From contig OZ037770.1 in NCBI GenBank assembly GCA_964035545.1, positions 248,001-312,000 on the forward strand: DNA of 64,000 bases, read 5' to 3'. Below the pieces are notes generated by a model that did not search any database, had not been told where the DNA came from, and saw only the letters and a program-made list of their open reading frames with translations. The number at the start of each line of letters is the position of its first letter. The stretch's first letter is position 1. This DNA is from Bugula neritina (taxonomy: Eukaryota > Animalia > Bryozoa). The position numbers were made by a program, and so were the translations under genes. Shown here piece after piece: positions 26,901 through 38,658 of this stretch.

Positions 26901-29543
26901 AAACAAAATACAACACAACCTAAAGAATTTAATTAACAGTATTGAGGGCTGTTAAAAATCGAGTGCTAAGTTCAATAGTTTTTTTGAAAAACAGGGAGCT
27001 ATAATAGATAGAGGTGTAAAGTAAAGGCGGTACGGTGCAGAGGCCTCTGCGCCAATGACTGAGCAGAAACAGCGAAGGAGCGCAAACACTCGGACCAATG
27101 CAAGAGGGACAAAGGCGTGACTAGGATAATTGAAAAACAACTAACACCCGATGGGCTTACAAAGTTATTACACTTGGTGTCAAGAATAATTTGATCTGAT
27201 AAATTACACTTCAAAGGAAATGCAAACAGTAGCGTGCACGCATGATAATTAGCATTGTTCACCTGCTGAGCTCGGCCTGGTAGAAATAAGGTGCTCAGAG
27301 AGAGGCCCTCCAGTCAAAAAACAAAAGGCTAGGGTGACATAAAGCAATGACCTTGTGTGCTGATGTGCCAATGGAAGTTGAAACATTCATGTTTTAGCAA
27401 TATTAGTGGCTATACTATTTTAGTACCAGTAGTATCCATGGTACTAGTTGTACTAGCATTAGTAGTAGTAGTAGTAGTAGTAGTAACCAGTAGTGCTAGT
27501 AGTAACTAGTAACAGTAACTATTAACTAGCTGTGCTAGCAATTATGTTGCAGTTATAGCTGAGGTTGAAGAAGGATTAGAATTGTTTCGTCATTCAGTCA
27601 AGTGATTTACATACATAATGTAATGTTGAATAATTTGGAAGTGCTACAAGGCTGTCATGAGTTTATGGATGTTAGAGTTGGGAGATTGTCGTTGTGATAA
27701 GTTAGTACAAACATCAGACCACCTGGACAGGGCTGATACAACTTCTAATATTTTAGACTAATATTTACAATCTAAAGTTGCTCTAATCTATGATAACAAG
27801 TTATTTGATTCCCACTTTTATCAATCCCATTCCATGATATGATTACTGGGCCAGTTTATATTTATACCTTTAGTGGCTGCTTTCAAAACTTGTTATTGTC
27901 AAGTGGCAATCGTATCAGCTTTCCTTGCAAGTTAGAAATGGCATCCAGCAAGGTGTCCTTGCTATGTAGTGTATTGGCATCTCACAAGGTGCTCCCTTCA
28001 TACTGTATACACATGACACATCTCACAAGGTGCTCCCTTCATACAGTATATACATGACACATCTCACAAGGTGCTCTCTTCATACAGTATACACATGACA
28101 CATCTCCCAAGGTGCTCTCTACATACAGTATAGACATGACACATCTCACAAGGTGCTCTCTACATACAGTATACAAGACACATCCAACAAAGTACTCCCT
28201 TCAAAATTCCTAACAATAGCTCACAAGGAAGAACAGCATAGCTCCAATAACACCTCATCCAGTTATTAGCATGTGTTCCCACAAACAAGAACCTTACAAG
28301 CTGTATATATCTATTTACCAAACAGATAGGGCTCAGTTTATAAATATTATCATCATTGGTTTCTGGCAGTGGAACTTTTTCCTGTTTTTACTCAACATTA
28401 ACATGTATTCAAAGATAAATATCTCAGCTTTTGAATGAGTCATGACAACAGAGTGACTGGTGTAAGTCGGACTCAACTATGAGTCACTTTCTCTACACCA
28501 CAGTGGACAGAGTCAAACAGACTATGGAGTTGTAACCCCCCCCCCCCCCAACACCACTGTATTCTACCCCCTCCCAACACCACTGTATTCTACCCCCTCC
28601 CAACACCACTGTATTCTACCCCCTCCCAACACCACTGTGTTCTACCCCCTCCCAACACCATTGTATTCTACCCCCTCCCAACACCACTGTATTCTACCCC
28701 CTCCCAACACCACTGTATTCTACCCCCTCCCAACACCACTGTATTCTACCCCCTCCCAACACCACTGTATTCTACCCCCTCCCAACACCACCGTATTCTA
28801 GCCACAGAGCAGGTTGAGGGACACAGGGAGTACATGTCTCAGGCAATCTACGCTTCCATCAGTAAACAAGCAGCTAGTGTTAAGTTAATTATAAAAGTTT
28901 GTATATAAGTCATGGGTGACTGTGCTGAGTGAAAGACAAAAAGGACTGCTGAATTATAACCTGATAACTTATTAATGTGTATTGATTGTGTGTAAACATG
29001 GAGGGCAGTTATTGATTTTGGGTAATTAAAGCTTTATTATTAATGAGCATCTATAGGTCACGCAGTATTATATACTGTATACTGTGTATAATATACTGTA
29101 TACTGTGTATTATATACTGTATACTGTGTATTATATACTGTATATTGTGTATTATATACTGTATACTGTGTATCATATACTGTGTATTATATACTGTATA
29201 CTGTGTATTATATACTGTATACTGTGTATTATATACTGTATACTGTGTATTATATACTGTATATTGTGTATTATATACTGTATACCGTGTATTATATACT
29301 GTATACTGTGTATTATATACTGTATACTGTGTATTATATACTGTATACTATGCATTATATACTGTATACTGTGTATTATATACTGTATACTGTGTATTAT
29401 ATACTGTATACTGTGTATTATATACTGTATACTGTGTATTATATACTGTATACTGTGTATTATATACTGTATACTGTGTATTATAATATGCAGTGTTATA
29501 ATAATATACAGTATATAATATTTCACTGTAGCATATATTATAT

Positions 29544-29603
<60 letters not shown>

Positions 29604-31911
29604 CAATATATTATATAGTAGGATATATCATGTAATACTATATATAGTAGCCTGAGCACCACAGAGTATTACATAGTCACCTGACAGAACTCGTTCTCAC
29701 CACCTCCGTCTTCTCAGATTTGAAAACTTCTCTCTCCTTTATCAAGGGGTTGGCGAGTAGAAAACTCCCAAACCCTGCTACAAGTGGACAACTCCAAATT
29801 ACTATGACTCCTGGGAATACTAACACAGCTGGTAATGAGTAACTACTGGAAAATTGAGACGTGTAAATGTCTGTCATGGAATGCAAGTGCTCGTAGCATA
29901 AGGAAATCATGACACACTGTACATTAGATGGCACCGTTACTTGACACTCTGGACAGGTGCCAAAATATGCAACCTGTTGGCAGGTGCTCTGTAATGGAAT
30001 GTGATGGTACAACTCCTAACTAAAACCAAGGCAGGTTTCAACCAAGTAAAAGCAGAGTGATACATTGCTACCTGTAGCATCAGTTACCTGTAGCAGCAGT
30101 TACCTGTAGCTGTAGCTACCTGTAGCAGCAGTTACCTGTAGCAGCAGTTACCTGTAGCTGTAGCTACCTGTAGCAGCAGCTACCTGTAGCAATTGCAGGT
30201 AACAAACAACAGAACACAAGCTGTCCTAGGCCAAAATAGACATGTGTTACTGAAAAGTCACCATCACTTAACTCAATTATTCTAAACAACTTTTCAGGCT
30301 TCTCTCATTCCAGAGATATTTTCTTCAATGAATTTTGCCAAACATGTTCAGAAAATTCTTTCACAGATTATTTTAGGGAAGGTACAGTGTACACTCAGTA
30401 CATATTATTATACACATAGCATAATATAACTGCATTGAGAGCATAACTTCTCACTAACCTAAGTTCTCCCCGTTTCTCTCTTCCATCAGCCTCTGGTAGA
30501 CCCCCTCAGGCAGCTCCGAGGACTTGAAATACACTCTAATATTGGCAATTGTCTTCTGCTTCTTCGTCTGCAAGAAACCAGAAATAGAACATTCTGGAAA
30601 CTTCACTAGAAGAGACACACAGACACACAGACAGACAGAGAGAGGAGACACACAGACAGACAGAGAGAGAGAGAGGAGACACACAGACAGAGAGAGAGAG
30701 GAGACAGACAGAGAGACAGACAGAGAGAGAGAGGAGACACACAGACAGACAGAGAGAGGAGACAGACAGACAGAGTGAGAGGAGACAGACAGACAGACAG
30801 AGAGAGAGAGGACACACAGACAGACAGACAGACCAACTTACTAGACGGATTGCTAAGATGGTGCCAATTCTGCTACACTCTCCTCCTTTGCTGCCTTCGA
30901 AGAACACAAAATCTACAAAAAGCCAACAGGTGATGAGACTGAGGAGTTATTCAATATGATGAGGGAAGACAACTTCAGCAACAAGAATAATATTCCAAAC
31001 AGAGAGTAGAAAACCACTCAGATAAATCAGCCCTTTATGTTCTGTTGGCTTCAAGTCAAATAGAGTGTAGAAATTCAGAAAGAAAATTCTTGAATTATAA
31101 ATTCAGATTGAACCCTGGTCAGTGCCTAAAAACTGTTTCTTAGCTGCAGAAAGAACTTTTCATTCAATAATAAAAAAGAAGCAGTTACCATACAATCACA
31201 ATCCTATTTAAACCTGTCAAGTGACTCCCAAAAGAGGACACAACTCCTTACCCCCGACTTTGTACTCGAGAGAGGTGAGATGGTCAGTCCAGCTGTCTAT
31301 AGGCTCCCCGGTGAGGTAGAGGGGTGGGCGTCCTCTTCTCTTTCTCCTCGCTGACCCGGACGCTGCCGCACCTGAAACACGTCACAGCAGCCATGTTTGG
31401 TCATTCAGCAAAGCTGTTACAGTAACAGACATTCTTGGAAACTGCTGCTTTTGGCAAAGTGCCAACATGCTTCTGTGGAGACAATTCCAAAACACAAGAC
31501 TGAGTTCCAGCCCGCAGCTGTTTAGATCACAACTAGAGTGTCAAGTACAAACAGCCCCTCTCTATCATAAGTTGTGAAGCCATTTTGATGAACATTTGGT
31601 TGAGTAAACAGCGGAGTTATCCCAGCAGCTGAGCCACAAATAATAAAAATGGTGAGAGAATCAAAAGTACTTGTTTAATGAACACATCTCAGTATCAACA
31701 GAAGAGAGGGAGTTTCTACGCTCTACTCAGCGTTACAGTGTAGGTCTAGCGTCAACCAACCATTGAGCTCTAACTTAAACAAACCATTGAGATCTAGAGA
31801 GAGTTTGACATAAAACTGACCTTCAACAGAACTGGTGTCGTCCGTGGCATATGATCCGTGGAAGAGATCGGGAGTGGGCGGGTCAGGGGAGTCATGTGAC
31901 AATATCTCCAT
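15369..31911 (-). CDS. RERE: Arginine-glutamic acid dipeptide repeats protein / Atrophin (RERE, Grunge ortholog): BAH-ELM2-SANT-GATA zinc finger-Atrophin C-terminus
   Basis: Exons 31911-31821, 31371-31252, 30912-30842, 30567-30459, 29774-29681, 23803-23650, 23103-22978, 22855-22721, 21903-21802, 21600-21520, 21229-21031, 20848-20562, 20476-20195, 19640-19495, 19212-19056, 18966-18594, 18338-18133, 17703-17544, 17401-17252, 16422-16138, 16017-15806, 15476-15369; all phases are consistent. Motifs: RGKCSV...[33 protein letters not shown] (BAH/ELM2); [41 protein letters not shown] (SANT); CFRC...QWHY...[12 protein letters not shown] (GATA-like); [12 protein letters not shown]; [15 protein letters not shown] (Atrophin). 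The start exon is less certain. Confidence 0.95.
15482..15800. repeat. Intronic minisatellite, 21-bp unit (ACAGAGAGTATACATAGTATA)
   Basis: Tandem copies filling the last RERE intron. Confidence 0.95.
16433..17190. repeat. Intronic (AG/AT)-rich satellite (AGAGTATATAG-type)
   Basis: Tandem degenerate copies. Confidence 0.92.
17731..18078. repeat. Intronic minisatellite, 21-bp unit (ACTGTGACTAGTACTATGAGT)
   Basis: Tandem copies. Confidence 0.95.
18441..18574. repeat. Intronic minisatellite, 18-bp unit (ACATCACGCCGTGCTATG)
   Basis: Tandem copies. Confidence 0.93.
19226..19490. repeat. Intronic minisatellite, 29-bp unit (TATTACACCGTATTACTATATTACCAGTA)
   Basis: Tandem copies. Confidence 0.93.
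19665..20192. repeat. Intronic minisatellite, 21-bp unit (TAGTGTGTACTGTATACCATG)
   Basis: Tandem copies. Confidence 0.95.
20863..21030. repeat. Intronic minisatellite, ~20-bp unit (TATACTTACACTACAGAGTA); each unit carries a minus-strand GTAAGT
   Basis: Tandem copies abutting the RERE donor at 21030. Confidence 0.88.
21630..21775. repeat. Intronic minisatellite, 21-bp unit (CAGTATACACTACATACCACA)
   Basis: Tandem copies. Confidence 0.92.
21955..22645. mobile_element. ~690-bp non-autonomous DNA transposon (MITE) in a RERE intron
   Basis: 28-bp perfect TIR TCACCGGCTTTCCATGTACCGATCTCAG / CTGAGATCGGTACATGGAAAGCCGGTGA, subterminal AGATCGATCT repeats, AT-rich core. TSD ambiguous. Confidence 0.9.
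23838..24195. repeat. (ACT)n/(ACTAGT)-type low-complexity trinucleotide repeat
   Basis: Direct observation. Confidence 0.9.
27980..28200. repeat. Intronic 41-bp tandem repeat (CAAGGTGCTCCCTTCATACAGTATACACATGACACATCTCA)
   Basis: About 5 copies. Confidence 0.88.
28548..28800. repeat. Intronic 26-bp tandem repeat (CCAACACCACTGTATTCTACCCCCTC)
   Basis: About 10 copies. Confidence 0.93.
29066..29485. repeat. Intronic minisatellite, 21-bp unit (TATTATATACTGTATACTGTG), followed by (TAG)n at 29544-29602
   Basis: Tandem copies. Confidence 0.95.
30610..30833. repeat. (AGAC/AG)n intronic simple repeat
   Basis: Direct observation. Confidence 0.9.
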
Positions 31912-34900
31912 GGTTACGGGCAGACGGCAAGGGATATCTGTGGATGCCTCAGTGGTCTGTAGTTTCTAAGTTCAGAGTTTATCTGCGGTAGACTCAGAGG
32001 TAATCTGTAGAAGGTTTAGTAGAAGTAGGGGGTATCTACAGAAAATGAAGTATCTCACAGCTAAGGAATCTGCACTAAACACAGCTTTCAGTCTAATGTC
32101 ACCCTCTAAACTAAACTCACATCTAGTTAATAACAATACTAGATGTTTAGATATAAGAAGTTGCTACATGCAAGTCAAGAAGTAGAAGTCATATCTTAGA
32201 ATAATAATAATAATGTTAGTACATAACTAAGTGTAAAATAACAGCTGAACTATAATTCACACCCCAAGCTATTAGCATACAAATAGTAAATAACCTATAC
32301 TATAGAGTACAAGGGAATGAAAGACCCGCTTGTTATTGTACAACTGTTAGAATGATTCAACAATTGCAGTCAAGTGCGACACTCGAAAATAAATAGATAA
32401 ACTTGAGTCATCAATCAAACCTTCATCATTTCTCATAGCAACAAATAATGCAATAACAATACTGACATTCTGTGTTAATTATTTCAAATGACTTATGACA
32501 TGCAATAACACGCAACCTCTCTACATCCTATACTTTATATCATACTATCAACCTATATTTTCTTCTATAACCTAAACATACCATACACTGTACATTCTAT
32601 AATCAACATGTAAAATTGTATCTAATGTCGGTTGTTTCATGAAGATAGAGGTGGATGGCAAGATATTTTCCAGTAAGAAGTTGGGATAATATTCAATATA
32701 TTATATAGAAACTATTTCCTATTCTATGAAATCTGTGCTTAAAATAAAAAAATATACTTTTAAACAAGTTGCAGTAATATAAGTGTAATAGATATGTGTT
32801 CTAGAAAAGTGAGTGAGTGAGTTAGTGACCGACTGAGTGAATGAATGAGTGAGTAGTGAGTGAATGAGTGAGTGTTAGACTACAGAATGAGTGTCACTTT
32901 GACTACACACTCACCAGTATAAAGTAGGTACAAGAAAGTGGTTTCTCCTCTCTTTCTGAATTATATTAAAGGGAGTTATCCCCCACCCCTACCGTGTAAC
33001 ACAAACCAACCAAACCAACAACTAAGAACTAATGCTAGAAGTGAAAGTGTAGGGAGCTGCTAGGTAGTTTGAGGGTTTCATCCCAGTTAGATGCTATTTG
33101 TTGTTTTGGTGCCATATAATTTCAGGGTAATATACCTATATATATCTATATATCTATATAACTGTTGCATTCATTGCTAAATAGCTAAAATGCTAATAGC
33201 TATAATAGCTAACATGAATTATCTATAATAATATTCCAACTCCCATAGATTTGTGTGAGACAAAGAATAGTCCTATATTAATAATAAACGTTATCTCTAA
33301 TCAATGAATACTCATTAACAAAATATCTGTTTAAACAAGAAGCAAAAAATATGTAAAATTAATATGTTAATGCAGATCAAAGAGAATTTAGCTATGTGCT
33401 CAAAATGTGCTTTATTTAAATATAAATATATTTAAATAATATTCAAATAAATTACACATACAATGTATATAATTGTAGCAATATAAATAAATAACGTCTA
33501 ACTGGGATGACACCAGTTTGAGATATATAGCCTTAGGTGTTCAACTAATCTGAATAAATATGGACATATCTGGAGCAGAAGCTACACTAAAGTAATGAAT
33601 TGATAACAGAAAGGAAAACTAATAAAATATAAATGTAGTGTGTTAAGACCCAGGCACAAGGTGCCAAAACATCGGACTAAACTTCAAACGTCAGCCACTT
33701 TTAAAAACATTCGAGCTCAAGAATAATTTGCATGACTTTGATTGGCTACATTCAAACGAAATACTTTTGACTTCACATCTATAAATCGAACCGACCTGGG
33801 CATGTGACCCAGCCTTTACCTGCATTACACAAATACGAGATGGTTGTCTATTTCCCTGGACTACAGTGAGAGAACCTATTTACTACGTTGAATGGTGGCA
33901 GAGAAGTTGAATGGTGGCAGAGTCTGGCTCCAGACACACTAATTACCAACATTACTGTCTAATGTGGCACTAATTTCCATAAGATGTGAACTACTGATCC
34001 CTATCTCTGTTTGAAACTTGTCCATTTAACAATTTAATAGTTAAACTACAATCTGCTATGCTGGAAGGTGAACAGTGCAGCAATTCCTACGTGGAGATGG
34101 AGACCGGCAGCAATCTTGCTGCCAGCTGCCAACACACAGTGCTGTTTATTTACTCATAAAGTTGCCACATTGTAGTGTAGTAACCAACTCACTGAGTAAT
34201 AAAAGTGAAATACCACAAGATGAAGAGATAACAAGGTTCAACAGCCAACTTCTAGAAACTTCTATAAACCATTTGAATTGAAACAGTGAAACAAAAATAT
34301 GGAACAGATGCTGGAGGGAAGAATGGAGTCTAATATTTGGAAGCAACTGAATGATTTACTGCAATTACTACTAATTAATATAGCAAAAAAATGTCTCCCT
34401 ATTTAAGTAGTATGCTTATTCCAACTTTAGGAAACCAATTAAGCTGTAAATTTAAATATCTGTCACTTACATGTCAGTTTCTGTCTGGCCACACCCCCTA
34501 CAGTCTGGCCACACCTCCAACAGTCAAACTAAATGTAAATCTCTATGAATTAGACTATGGAAGCTCTCTGGCAGTTCCTTATCAAATTATGAACTGATGG
34601 AATCCCCAACCTCCATATAATATAGGCACCTCTTCAGCATTACAGAAACTTACTGGATCCTAAGGCTAGACCACTTGAGCAATTCTCAAGTCACTCACTG
34701 AACACTCTAGTTAACTTAACCTTAGCTCTAAGATATGTTACAACTAACTCCAACTTAGAATTACTTTACATTTAATGAACATATCCAGAATTGATACTAA
34801 GTTTCTTATTCTGGAGACAAAATGTCACTAATGAAGATAGTATAAACCTTAGAATTTGGAGTCTGAAAGGCCTTCAGTCACAGTTGTGGATAAAATTCTG

Positions 34901-37900
34901 AATCCAAGTCCATAGCTTAAGTACAACTATTTGCTATATTAACTTATTTCTACCCAATGTCGTACTTACACGTATAACCATAAAGTTTAATTTAAGTTGC
35001 ATATTATAATTTATAATCATCGTGATTATACTTATAGTCATAGGAAAGAATTTCTAAACACTTTCCCAATAATAGTTATTAAACTATTGAATAACATAAA
35101 AATAACAGTAATTACAACCATTATCACATTATTCATACACCTGCACTAAGGTACTAAGACGACGATTAACACTTTCACTCTGTCAATAATCATTAAATTC
35201 CCTTTCAGTGAAAGGGTGAACATAATCTTGTATATTACTAGGCCTATACTTTGACTCGATCATCAATTCAAATACTAACTTGAATGTTACATTATTATTA
35301 CCTAATTATATCCCTCTAAGTGATAAGTCTATCCCAGACCCCAGTCACTTGCAGTTAGTATTTAATGTTATACCGTATGTTCAATTTGATTTCAAAAATT
35401 TACCAAAGAATAGCTTTATTTCGACACCAACCTGCAAACAGTTTGACTGATCGTCTTATAGTTATTGAGTGTAGATAACGTCAGCAATAAACGTGTCAAT
35501 CTAAATTGATCAGCTGCTCTGGCACTGTGAGTGTGTCTCACTAACACCTGTTTTGGACATCTTTACTTTAGTTTAAATAATCCGTAGCAAAACTCATGGT
35601 TTAAAAGAACTGTTAGCGACAATCAAACGACTTGAGCTGACAAAATGAGAAACTTTTTAGCTAAAATCGAGCTCCGGGAAGAAGTTCTTTGTCTGCGATG
35701 TACTAACCAAATCAACAGCGTGCATTTGAGTTTAATGGCTTGCCTTTGATGGCTACTATTGACGAGTAGTGGCAAGCTAAGTGATTTGATTACTAGCAGT
35801 AATAGCAATAAACCACATGCTTTCCAAGTCTCTGTTTTGTATATTATTTAGTAGATTTGAAGACCGCAATTATAATATTCCTTTCATTGCAAAACAGACA
35901 AAACCGCTGAAGCGAATCCACACATGTGCAGCCGATATTACACCGTAAGCCCCGCCCAATACAAACGGCTCTATAAAAATGGATGTGCCAATACTGTTCA
36001 GGCCAAATCCTCCTTTACAGCTGATTATAGTCTCGTAGACTTAAATTTAGCCACTTGGCAAAGCAGCGAGTTTAAATATTGTAATATTTTATTTGGCCGA
36101 TACTGCCTGGGCCACTATTGCTGGAAATGGTCCATTCCTCAGTGTAACATAGCAATAATGCATATTATGATACATGGAGCAAAGCATACTAAAATATGCC
36201 CTAAGTAAATGAACAGAGCATAAAAGTTAACTTTATGTAATATCCATATTGTCAAATAGCATTATAGAATAATCCATTGCAATAAATATTTTATTTCCAT
36301 ATACATAACGTAATTATCTCACATACAATGTACTTAATGTCTTTACTCTCTGGGAGTCTAGACAGCCAATAGGATTGTGGCGTGTCATGACCCCCCCCCC
36401 TCCTTATCTTACTGTGGTTGGTGAAGGACCTCAGGCACTATCATCATGAAGCTGTAAGTTATATTGTATATATTGTAAGCTACAATAAGTATATATAAAG
36501 TAACTTACTGTATATAGTATTCTGTAATAAGTTATTAAAAAATTCAGCAACTTACAGTTGTAGCTTATTATATAATATGCTCAGTTATGAAAGAAAGGCT
36601 ATTATCATGCAGCTCTAATTCTCTATATAATATGATTACGTTAGCAGGACTAACTTTAAGTTGAAATAACTTAAATTAATTTGCTTGCTTTGGGTTAATT
36701 GAAAATATTATAATTAAAGGAATGTGAATAAATAGGAGAGTAATTGTACAGGAAGCTGTGAAACTCTGGGCGTTGTTTTCATTGTAAAGTCTGAGTATCA
36801 AATCTATAATATTTTGTATACAGCTAGTTTCTATATTTAGTTTGATTTTGCAGCTTAACAGGCAAATCAATTAACAAGTAGAAGGTTATTCTGTATTATA
36901 TTACTCTAAGTACATTACTATAGGAGGACTTTTGTATAATACTAACTCAACTATCACGTGATGCAATACTAACTTAACTGTCACGTGATGCAATACTAAC
37001 TCAACTGTCACGTGATGCAATACTAACTCAACTGTCACGTGATGTAATTACAGACCGTAGAGGGAATATGAGTCACCAATAAGGAATTTCTAGTCAAATA
37101 ATAGACTGCACAATGCAGGGTGTCATCAAGTGAATATAATGATATCTATTATAAAGCTCATGTGAACTTTATAATAGTTCATATTAACACAACGTAACAT
37201 ACTATATAGATTAATAGTTGATATACAATTCCACAGTACCTGCAGTATATTATACACACTGTATTTAGAGGTATGCTGTGCATGCATTAGCTACTAGTTA
37301 AATTCAATCAAATTAAAATACATGCAGATATTGCATTAGCTGAATAAATCACTCATCACATCATGAATGCAGTATGATACACCCTTATACTCTGCTATAA
37401 GATAATTATATTCTTGTAAGACTAACTGTCAAAATATTGGGAAGTATATTCTATTAAAAGTCAATTAATATTACAGCAATAGGTCTATGCATTTGTTCCA
37501 AGCATAATATTAATTATTATCACAGAAACTAAGTGGAACAGTATTTCTAATAGTAGTTCACTGTAACATAGTAGCAATTATTTCACATAGTTTCACAATA
37601 GTTCTTGTTTTAAACTCTTTCAATCTTATTATAATGTTTATAAGCTTTAGGGAAACCATATCTTTATATATAGCTACTGCGTGCTGTTACACATTATACT
37701 GCAGTATGTGGTGTATAATCAGAGTATATCAATAAACTGTTAGCAGAATGTTACTATATTAGATGTTATTGTCCACACCTGCTAGCTTATGACAATGTAT
37801 TATTGGGTATTACATGGCTTTAAATGTTACGGAGAATTATGGAAATGGCGTGTTGTAAGAGGTTAGTTGATTGGTGACCACTCAAGTAATTCCTTAAACT

Positions 37901-38658
37901 CTTTCTACTTCGTTGACTGTAAGAGTTGAGTAATATGTACAATGACTCTTCGTAATCACATGGTTATGCAATGGTAATTATATCATATATATTATGTTGA
38001 GCTCGCGGCTACTAGCTAGGAGTTATGATATCTTGACAAAAACATGCTACGGTGAGAAGATAACTACTATTAGCCACTTTTTAGAAAGCTCCAAGCTGTT
38101 AGGAGATGGAGATATGAGACTGTATTTCAAAAGTAAGTTATGATGGTCTAGAGAATTCTATAGTACATCTAGAAACAAGCAGTAGCCAGTTAGAGTGTCG
38201 AGGAGTGGATATTGCTCACTGCAAAGAGTGTCAAGTGGAGGAAAGTGGTAGGCAGTATTTAGTAACTAAACTACTACTAGTTAACTGCGGACTCACTGAC
38301 TGAGTGATGAGAGTCAGTTTGATAAAATCACATCTTTTATTATTACTCAGAAAAGAATAAAATTAACAAACAATGCTTGCAGTAAATATACTATACACAC
38401 TAATATGACAATAAAACTATTAAACATATCATGTGACAGGAAATGAAATCATGTGACAATAGAGATACGGTTACTAAAACACCTACATATGAATAACACT
38501 ATACACAATCGCGGCCAGCCATTACACAAGGGAACATGTTTCACAGCAGAGAGAATAAATAATAAACAGGGAGGTAACTGAGATGTATACGCTGAATATA
38601 TAACCTCGATTTATATACAATATCATGTGAGAGTTGTCCGCACATCCTGGGTAGTTTT

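Noticed and set aside
36350-38140. Isolated GTAAGT donors (about 36454 and 38132) suggesting a hidden plus-strand gene between RERE and CDCA3
   Set aside because: I could not build a stop-free multi-exon ORF. A lncRNA cannot be excluded without expression data.
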